64,000 nucleotides of DNA, from the NCBI GenBank assembly GCA_050506795.1, contig JBJHCF010000004.1, positions 68,872-132,871 on the forward strand. Reading direction: 5' to 3'. Each line of letters opens with the position of its first letter. Position 1 is the stretch's first letter. The notes under the pieces are model-generated. The model saw only the letters and a list, made by a program, of their open reading frames with translations, had not been told where the DNA came from and searched no databases. The stretch is from Opitutia bacterium. GTDB taxonomy: Bacteria > Verrucomicrobiota > Verrucomicrobiia > Opitutales > T3Sed10-336. Both the position numbers and the translations under genes were made by a program. Positions 52,324 through 61,138 of this stretch are shown piece by piece.

Positions 52324-54846
52324 TCAGCCGGTTGAGTTTCCGGCTGAAAGGGCGTGCGACCGGCCGAGAAAGGCATGGTTAAAATAATTGTCCTCCAATC
52401 CCTTGTGGATGCCGTTCAGTTCGCTCGCCAGGCGTTCGTACGTTTTGCCCAGCGCGATTTCGGATTCTTTGGGCAAACCGCCGGGCTGCTCCCCGGTGCC
52501 GGCGAGCAATCCGTCGGGTAACCGGCTCAGGCGTCTTTGGATCCTGTCCATGGCGCGAATGATCTCGGGAAACTCATCGGTGCGGATCGTGTTTTGCAGC
52601 GCTTCGAGCACACCCCGCAACGCCGCCAGGCAATAGCCGATCGAACCGGGATTCTCCTGGTTCAGCCAGAGAAGGGCCGCTACGCGATCGGTTTGCGGGC
52701 GAGACCGGTAGGTGCGGCGGTAGGCGTCGAGGGAACCGAGCATGCGCAGCAGTGATACCAGAAACGGATCGGCTTCCTCTTCACCGTTCATCCGGTGAAT
52801 TTCCCGGAGGACGTACATGCTCACCTCCAGGGTGGCCTGCGCCCGCTCCATCAACTTGCCCATCCGGTAGAAATGCCAGCTTTCGTCGCGAGGCATGGTG
52901 CGGGATGCGGTTCCCCGCAGCTCGGCCAGGCGCCTGACTGTATTACGGCAGGTTTCGCGCAGCGCGTCCCGTGAGACCCGTTTGGGAAGGTACGGTTTTT
53001 CCAGGGGCGACAGAGCCTGCAGCAGCGCGGTCCAGACCTCGGGGGTCACGAATTCCCGGGTCACTTGAGTGTTGTCCCGCGCCGCCCGCAGGCACCGCAG
53101 AACCGATGCCGGATCCCGGGCGTCATGCAGCAGTCCCCCGATAAACCCGCTGGACTCTTTGCGGGTGGGTTGGCGGCGCGGAGCGGTATCCTGCCCGGTC
53201 GCTTCAGCCACCGCCTTCCAGAGTGCCCGGGTGACCGCTCCCTGAGTCCGGCGGGCGCTCTCCCCGCTGCACTCTTCCAACACGAGCAACATGCGCGCGG
53301 TGTTCTCGGCGCGTTCCGTGTAGCGACCGATCCAATACAGGCATTCGGCGGCGCGGCTGCCGATGGGGAGATCGTCGGTGAAAGTGGGGAAACTGATCGC
53401 CGGTCTTGTTTTCTCCGAGCGTTTGCCGCCGGCCTGTATCCAGATGTCCTTGCTGCCGGAAAATCGTTCGAAATGTCTGTCCTCGTTACGGCGCGTACTC
53501 TGCAGACACAACCCTCCGGGCAACACCTGCGGACGTTCGCCCAGGAGCAGAAAGCAGCGCAGGTAAAACGGGCGATCCACCCAGTCTCCCCGGCTGCGAC
53601 GCGGGGCGCGGGACAGCTCCGGTTTGCTTTGGGCGGCGATGTATTCGGGATGAACTTTCAGCAACAGGTTCGGGTCCGGGTCGGTTCCGTTGCGAAAGCG
53701 CGCCTGCAGGAAATGTTTCAGCAACTCCGTGCTCTGCACCGGTTTCAGGGTCATGGCCGCCCGGCGTTGACGAACCAGGTTCGCCTGATCAGGGTCGCCG
53801 CAATCGTAGGTGGGAACGGTTTTCAGCAGGGGAGTTTCGCCGAGATAGTGACGAATGATCCTGTCCGAATAACGGAGCAGCGCCTTGTTGTCGGCGATTC
53901 CGCTCCCCAGCCCGTTCGACACCGCGACGGTTCCCTTGCGCAAACAGCTCATCAGGCCGGGGACACCTTCGCCGCTGGTGGAGCCGAAGGACACCGGGTC
54001 CATGGAGGTGCTGCGTATCCGCCGGTATATGACATCCACCTGCTCCAACCCGCCCACCGTTTTCAGGTGCACGCGGTTCTCCCGCACCAGGAGGTCGTCG
54101 GGGGTCACGATCGGTATGCCCATGTGACGCGCCAGCAGACCTTCCTCGAAAAACGATTGTCCGGGTTCATTGCGCCCGGTGAGCAGGACCACCCGGGGAT
54201 TTCGCGCGGGAGACAGTGCCCGCAAGGCTTCCACCATCTGGCCGGCAAAGGTATCCAGGGGATGGATTCCCTCGCCGTTCAGTAACTCCGGCAGGGCATC
54301 GGCCAGCATGTGCCGGTTCTGCAGGGCGTAGGAGAGTCCGAAGGGCAGGGCGAAATAGTTTTCCAACACCTGCCACTCGCCGCCGGTGGTGCGGCAGAGG
54401 TCCACCGCTCCGAACAGGACGTGATGCCGGTCGCCGGGATTGAGTTCGGAGATCTCCCGGAGAAACGCGGGATCCCTCAGCACCAGCGAATACGGCAGGA
54501 CCCGGTCGCGCAGGATTTTCTGTTCCCCGTAGATATCGCGCACGAATAGATCGAACGCCCGGGCGCGCTGGATCACCGCGGCGCTCAGGCGCTCCCATTC
54601 CGATTCCGGCAGCACCAGCGGTGTCAGGTCGAGCGCGAAGGCGGGTTCGTGGTGTTCGGTGCCCGCCCCGGCCGCGTAATGCAACCCCAGCGCCGCCTGC
54701 GACCGGGCCAGACGCTGGCGCCGCCGGTTTAATTCTTCCGTCCCCAGCCGGCGCAGCACTCGCTTCATGGCCGCCGGCAGCGGCAATACGGCCTTGCCGC
54801 CGGCGCGGCGCGCGGAGTCAGTTTTGGTCGAGGGCGTTGAGTTCAT
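52324..54846 (-). CDS. fused circularly permuted type-2 ATP-grasp protein and alpha-E domain protein
   Basis: The N-terminal ~480 aa follow the ATP-grasp pattern (VIQRARAFDLFVRDIYGEQKILRDRVLPYSLV). The C-terminal ~320 aa are alpha-E (AECLYWIGRYTERAENTARML). An alternative start lies at 54768. Confidence 0.8.
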   Translation of the reverse strand: MNSTPSTKTDSARRAGGKAVLPLPAAMKRVLRRLGTEELNRRRQRLARSQAALGLHYAAGAGTEHHEPAFALDLTPLVLPESEWERLSAAVIQRARAFDLFVRDIYGEQKILRDRVLPYSLVLRDPAFLREISELNPGDRHHVLFGAVDLCRTTGGEWQVLENYFALPFGLSYALQNRHMLADALPELLNGEGIHPLDTFAGQMVEALRALSPARNPRVVLLTGRNEPGQSFFEEGLLARHMGIPIVTPDDLLVRENRVHLKTVGGLEQVDVIYRRIRSTSMDPVSFGSTSGEGVPGLMSCLRKGTVAVSNGLGSGIADNKALLRYSDRIIRHYLGETPLLKTVPTYDCGDPDQANLVRQRRAAMTLKPVQSTELLKHFLQARFRNGTDPDPNLLLKVHPEYIAAQSKPELSRAPRRSRGDWVDRPFYLRCFLLLGERPQVLPGGLCLQSTRRNEDRHFERFSGSKDIWIQAGGKRSEKTRPAISFPTFTDDLPIGSRAAECLYWIGRYTERAENTARMLLVLEECSGESARRTQGAVTRALWKAVAEATGQDTAPRRQPTRKESSGFIGGLLHDARDPASVLRCLRAARDNTQVTREFVTPEVWTALLQALSPLEKPYLPKRVSRDALRETCRNTVRRLAELRGTASRTMPRDESWHFYRMGKLMERAQATLEVSMYVLREIHRMNGEEEADPFLVSLLRMLGSLDAYRRTYRSRPQTDRVAALLWLNQENPGSIGYCLAALRGVLEALQNTIRTDEFPEIIRAMDRIQRRLSRLPDGLLAGTGEQPGGLPKESEIALGKTYERLASELNGIHKGLEDNYFNHAFLGRSHALSAGNSTG

Positions 54847-56772
54847 CGACTACCTGGCTCCAATCGTTCATGGCCCGGCTGAGGGCCTGTTTCAATTCCT
54901 CGTATTCCGTTACCGTCGCTCGCGCCTGATCGGCTTTTTCGTAGAGGTTTGGGTTAGCCATTAACAATTCCAGTTCCGCCTGACGCGACTCCAGTTCGGC
55001 GATCTTTTTCTCCAGTTCGGATTCGCGCTTCCGCAGCGGTTTCAGGCGATTGGCGCGCTCCTGTCGCTCCCCGGCCTCACGTCGGCGCCGTTCCCTGGGG
55101 GAGAGGTTGCCGCCCGTGGCCGGAGTTCGAGCCGCCGGCATCCCGCCCTGCGGACCGAGAGCCGCCTTTTCCTCCTCGCGGCGGGCCAGGTAGTCGGTGA
55201 CGTTACCCGGGAGCGATCGCAGGCCGTTGTGACTGACTTCCAGGACCTTGTTGACGATGGGGTCGAGAAAGGCGCGGTCGTGGGAGACGATGACGTAGGT
55301 CGCGGGAAATGCGGCCAGTGCTTGTTGCAGGACCGACTTCGACCGCATGTCGAGGTGATTGGTGGGTTCGTCCAGGATGAGAAAGTTGCCCGCCTGCAGA
55401 AGCATGCGCACCAGGGCCAGCCGGCTCTTTTCGCCCCCGGAGAGGACCGACACCGATTTGAAAACGTCGTCGCCGCGAAACAGGAACGCTCCCAGCAGGG
55501 TGCGGATGCGGGTTTCCGCCACGCCGGTGGCTTTTTCCTCGGCGGCCTCAAGCACGGATTGCCGCGGATTCAGTTCCTGGGCCTGGTGCTGGGCGAAGAA
55601 TGAAAGGCTGACGTTGTGCCCCGGTTTTCGCAGCCCGGCGGTGGAGGGTTCCACTCCGGCCATGATGCGGGCCAGCGTCGATTTTCCGGCGCCGTTCACC
55701 CCCACGATGGCGATACGGTCCCCGCGCTCTACCCGCAGGTCGACGTCCCGGAAGACGGTCAGATCCCCGTAACGCTTCTCCAGTCCCTGCAACTCCATTA
55801 CCACCTGACCGCTCTTTGGCGGTTTCGGAAACTCGAAGGCGATCCCGTCCTCCTCTTCCTCCAGCTCGATCCTTTCCACCTTGTCCAAATGTTTTATCCG
55901 GCTCTGCACCTGGGCCGCCTTGGTGGCCTTGGCCCGGAAGCGGTCGATGAAACGCTGGGTCTGATCGATCTTTTTCTGCTGGTTGGCCTGGGCCTGAACC
56001 CGGATCGCCTTCCGGTGAGCGCTCTCGCGTTCGAAATAGGAGTAGTTTCCGGAATAATCCTCAAGCCGGCCGAGCGAAAGAGCCAGGGTGCGGGTGCAGA
56101 GGGTGTCGAGGAAAGCGCGGTCGTGCGAAACCAGGATCAGAGCGCCGTCGTAGTTGCGCAGGTAGCTCTCCAGCCAATGCTGCGACTCGATATCCAGGTG
56201 ATTGGTGGGCTCGTCCAGCAACAGCAGGGACGGCTCGCGCAGCAGGAGCTTCGCCATGGCCAGGCGCATCTGCCAGCCTCCGCTGAACTCCCCGGTCGGC
56301 CGCTCCATGTCCTCCATTCGAAATCCCAATCCGAGGAGGATACTCTCGATCTTGGATTTCATGCGAAAGGCATCCAGTTCCTCCAGCCGATGCCGCAATT
56401 CGCCCTCTATCTCCAGCAACTCCGCCTGACGGGGATCATCGGCGGGCAGACTTTCGCTCTCTTGGTGCAGCGCCTCCAGACGTTGCCGCACCTCCAGCAC
56501 CGCCTCAAACGCCGTTTCCGCCTCAGCGTACACCGTTTTCCCGGAAACCGTGAGGCCGTCCTGCGGCAGATAACCCACCGTGACGTAACGGGCCCGCGCC
56601 ACCTGCCCGCGTTCCGGATCCGCTTCTCCGGCAATAATCTTCAGAAGGGTGGTTTTGCCCGCGCCGTTGGACCCCACCAAACCGATGCGGTCGTGCGGCA
56701 AAATGTTGGCGTTGATTCCATCAAACAGTTTTCGTCCCCCATATTGAAGGAAAAGGTTTTCCAGCGAGAGCA
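54818..56772 (-). CDS. ABC-F family ATPase (two ABC domains, C-terminal coiled coil)
   Basis: There are two Walker A motifs (GSNGAGKTTLLK, GVNGAGKSTLAR) and two signature motifs (FSGGWQMR, LSGGEKSR). The start is taken at MLSLENLFLQYGG (ATG 56772). The listed upstream extension runs through repeat DNA. Confidence 0.9.
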
Positions 56773-56828
56773 TACCACCTATCTCCCACCGAATTGCCCC
56801 AAAGCTCCAGATAAATTTATCACTCTCA

Positions 56829-56958
56829 TCCGCCCCCCCTTGGCGGCCGGCATCCCGCGCCGCCGCCGATCCGGGAACGCGGGCCTCTTGTCCGCTCCGG
56901 CAACGGCGGAGCGTTGCCCTCCACAAAACGTGAGTGGCGCCCCCGCGCCGCCGCGATT
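56829..56958. repeat. array of GC-rich hairpin repeat modules
   Basis: It contains TCCCGCGCCGCCGCC, GGGAACGCGGGCCTCTTGTCCGCTC, the identical 34-mer at 56897-56930, and GTGGCGC-CCCC-GCGCCGC. Confidence 0.8.
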
Positions 56959-57025
56959 CTACATGAAACTTGGGGGTTGTGTCGCGGGTCGGTAGTGGAT
57001 CACACTTTACTCAAAAGAAAGGCTT

Positions 57026-58020
<995 letters not shown>

Positions 58021-58024
<4 letters not shown>

Positions 58025-58923
58025 GCGTTTCCCTGGTCGAACTGCTCTCCCCGGCGACTTTGTCCCGGATTGAGAACTACGCGCTGCTGGCCAAGGTGGC
58101 GGTGGAAGGTTACCTGTCCGGCCTGCACCGCAGTTTCTCCCGGGGGCAGGGCAGCGAGTTCCTGCAGTACCGGAGTTACACCCCGGGCGACGACCTGAAG
58201 TACGTCGACTGGAAGGTCTTTTCCCGCAGCGACCGGTTCTACACCAAGGTCTACCAGGAGGAGACCAATATGAACTGCTACCTCGTCCTGGACGCCAGCG
58301 CCTCCATGGACTACCAGGGGGAGCGGGCGGTGTGCTCCAAGTGGCGCTACTCCGCCATGGTCGCCGCCTGCCTGGCCTACCTGGCCTCGCGGCAGGGGGA
58401 CAACGTGGGGCTCTGCCTTTACAACGACGACATCGTCGAAATGATCGACTCCCGCAACCGCCAGGGGCAGTTGCAGCGGATTCTGAGCGCTCTGGCGAAA
58501 ACCGTTCCCTCCGGCGGCGCCAACCACCAATACGCCTGGAACTACCTCTCGGGTCACCTGAAAAACCGGGGCATGGTGGTGTTCCTGTCCGATTTCCTGG
58601 AGGCGGAGGAGAATCTGCCCCCGATCCTCAAACGGATTCGCTTCGCGCGCCACGAGTGCGTCTCCATCCAGGTGCTCGACCCGGACGAAACCGATCTGCC
58701 CTTCGACCGCGCCACCGAGTTCATCGACCCGGAAAGCGGCTGGCGCATTCTCACCAATCCGGAAAAAGTGCGGGCTCACTACATGGAAAGAATGAACGAT
58801 TTTATGACGCGGTTGTCGGTAGCCTTGATGCGTTCGCAGGTGGAATTTTTATCGCTGACGAGCTCGGACTCCCTGGCTCGCTCCCTGGCGGCGTACCTGC
58901 ACAAGCGGGAGGCTTTACGGTAA
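58021..58923 (+). CDS. DUF58-domain protein (vWA-like MoxR partner)
   Basis: GQGSEFLQYRSYTPGDDLKYVDWKVFSRSDRFYTKVYQEE is the DUF58 signature. Confidence 0.85.
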
Positions 58924-58925
58924 AA

Positions 58926-59074
58926 TGCTGTCGGGCTTCGCCGGCGGGTTACTAGCGGGGTGCTGAGTCCTAAAACCGGAAAGTTGTTGTCGATGAGTCA
59001 AGTTTTTCGAGTATGTGTCACAAAAGTAGCTCACGCTTCCAGCGTGAGTTTTGCACGCAAGATGCGTGCGCTAC
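58926..59074. repeat. hairpin repeat modules inserted inside the MoxR operon
   Basis: CTGTCGGGCTTCGCCG at 58927-58942 is identical to 49259-49274. GTAGC (59026-30) and GCTAC (59070-74) bracket two hairpins: TCACGC-TTCCA-GCGTGA and GCACGCA-AGA-TGCGTGC. Confidence 0.7.
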
Positions 59075-59104
59075 ATTGGTCTGAGGCGATCCCTAGCTAG
59101 GTCT

Positions 59105-61138
59105 ATGCTGGCGTTTCAATATTCATGGGTGCTTTGGGGATTGCTCGGTCTGGCCGTGCCGGTGCTGCTCCACCTGATCCAACGCGAAATCTACCACCCG
59201 CTGCGTTTCCCCTCGGTGCGTTTCATCCTCAAGGGTAAACTCCCTTTCCACCGCCGGAAACTGCCGAGCGACCTCCTGTTGCTGGCGTTGCGTCTGCTGC
59301 TGCTGGCGGCCCTCATTTTCGCCCTGGCCCGGCCGGAATGGCGCCCGCGGGAAGCGCTCGCCGCCGAACCGGGGTCGCAGGACCGGGTGGTGTTTTTGGT
59401 CGACCTTTCCGCCAGTATGTCCGGCTGGAACGCCTGGGATGAGGCGCTCCAGCGGGTGCGGGGGATCATCGAGGAACGTCCGGGCGCCGAATTCGGACTG
59501 GTGCTGTCCTCCGACCGGGTGGTCGATACCATCGCGCCCTCCGCCGATCCCTCCGCCCTGACCGCCGCGCTGGAGGCGTCCGCGCCGGAAATGACGGCCG
59601 GCGATCACCGGGATGGATTGCGCGCTGCGGTGAATCTTTTGGGAAACGGGGTCGCCCGCCGGACTCTCTACGTGATTTCCGACCTGCAGGCCACCGCCTG
59701 GGAGCCGGGCGGATTGCCTGAGGTCCCGCGTTCGGTCGATCTCGAATGGATCCGGGTGGGAGGCGAACGCGAGGAGAACGTCGCCGTCATGCGGGCGCGA
59801 GCGTATCCGGGGAGTGGTGACAACCGGCATGTCCAGGCCGAGTTGTTCAACTTCGGCCAGAGCGAGGTCACCCGCACCGCTACCCTTTCCCTCGGGGGAC
59901 GCACCTGGGAGCAGGAGGTGACTCTGCCCGGCGGGCGCTCGACCGAGGTGAGTTTCGATATCGACGCGGAGGACGGCGCGCGTGCCCGGTTGTCGTTGGA
60001 CGAGGACGCCTTCGCCGCCGACGATCACTATCACTTCTGGGCCGGCCGGCCGCCGGCTCTGCGGGTGCTGGCGATCGCTCCCTTGAGCGATGAGCCGGCC
60101 AAGGCCGAGGATCTGTTCTTCCTGCGCAACGCGCTGGAGACCCGCGGCGAGATTCAATGGCTGTCGTTCGATGTGGAAACCCTTGAACCGGGGGGCCTGA
60201 CCGACGACTGGAGCGCCTACCAGGCGGTCTTCGCGCTCGGGGCCGGCGCCTATTTTTCGGACGCCGAGTGGCAAACCCTGCGGGGCTATCTGGAGCAGGG
60301 CGGCACCGCGATCCTGACCCCCGGGGAAACGCCGGGACGCCTGACCGGGCTCCTGCGGGAGCAAGGTTTGCTGGAGGCCGAGTTTCTCGGCGCCGCCAGG
60401 GCCGATCGCCGGGGACCGACCGGTCTGGCCCTGGACTGGATCGATCCGGAGAGCCCCCTGGGCGGCGTGTTCAGCGACGAGGCCGCCCGCAGCCTGCAAA
60501 TGGCGCGTTTTTATCGCTACCTGAGACTGGCGGTTCCCGCCGGTCAGACCGAGGTATGGCTGCGGTCCTCCGCCGACGAACCGCTCCTGTTGACCCGGAC
60601 GCTGGGGCAGGGGCGTTTGGTCTTTTTGCCTTTTTCCTTCGCCACCGATTGGTCCGACCTGCCCCTGACGGCGGGGTTTCTCCCGCTGATCCGGGAACTG
60701 ATCGCGGGTGATATTTCCGCAGATCACGGTATCGTCCGCGAGGAGACCGGGTTCTCACGCGCCGGCCTGGCGGCACGGATCGGCCTGCCGGTGGGTCACC
60801 CGTTTCTGGATACCGTTCAAACGCGGGTTCCGGGCCTTTACACCGACTGGGACCGTCCGGTGGAGGTCAACCTCTCCCGGCGCGAGTCCGTTCTGGAAAC
60901 CGCCGGAGTGATCGAGTTGGGGCGCGCGGTGCGCCCGCGCGTAGAGGACGGCGGGGTCCTGACTTCGACGGCCGCCGGCGCCGATGAGCGCACGGCGCGG
61001 CCCCTCTGGCATTTATTCGCCCTGGCCGCCGGATTGTTTTTCCTGCTGGAAACGCTGCTGGCCGGCTTCGCCGATCGCGGCCGTAGGCATTTGACAGCAT
61101 CCCAACCCGGGGCGACGTATAGAGAGGTCGAACCATGA
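59105..61138 (+). CDS. BatA-like membrane protein (aerotolerance-regulator N-terminal domain plus vWA-like region)
   Basis: The N-terminus MLAFQYSWVLWGLLGLAVPVLLHLIQRE matches the BatA_N pattern. VVFLVDLSASMS is a vWA MIDAS-like motif. There is a C-terminal TM. Confidence 0.75.
   Translation: MLAFQYSWVLWGLLGLAVPVLLHLIQREIYHPLRFPSVRFILKGKLPFHRRKLPSDLLLLALRLLLLAALIFALARPEWRPREALAAEPGSQDRVVFLVDLSASMSGWNAWDEALQRVRGIIEERPGAEFGLVLSSDRVVDTIAPSADPSALTAALEASAPEMTAGDHRDGLRAAVNLLGNGVARRTLYVISDLQATAWEPGGLPEVPRSVDLEWIRVGGEREENVAVMRARAYPGSGDNRHVQAELFNFGQSEVTRTATLSLGGRTWEQEVTLPGGRSTEVSFDIDAEDGARARLSLDEDAFAADDHYHFWAGRPPALRVLAIAPLSDEPAKAEDLFFLRNALETRGEIQWLSFDVETLEPGGLTDDWSAYQAVFALGAGAYFSDAEWQTLRGYLEQGGTAILTPGETPGRLTGLLREQGLLEAEFLGAARADRRGPTGLALDWIDPESPLGGVFSDEAARSLQMARFYRYLRLAVPAGQTEVWLRSSADEPLLLTRTLGQGRLVFLPFSFATDWSDLPLTAGFLPLIRELIAGDISADHGIVREETGFSRAGLAARIGLPVGHPFLDTVQTRVPGLYTDWDRPVEVNLSRRESVLETAGVIELGRAVRPRVEDGGVLTSTAAGADERTARPLWHLFALAAGLFFLLETLLAGFADRGRRHLTASQPGATYREVEP

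Noticed and set aside
56773-56926. N-terminal extension of the ABC-F ORF (MWRATLRRCRSGQEARVPG...).
   Set aside because: The extension is translated repeat DNA. The same WRATLRRCR string appears in ORF 52173-52376. The conserved ABC-F N-terminus begins at MLSLENLFLQYGG (ATG 56772).
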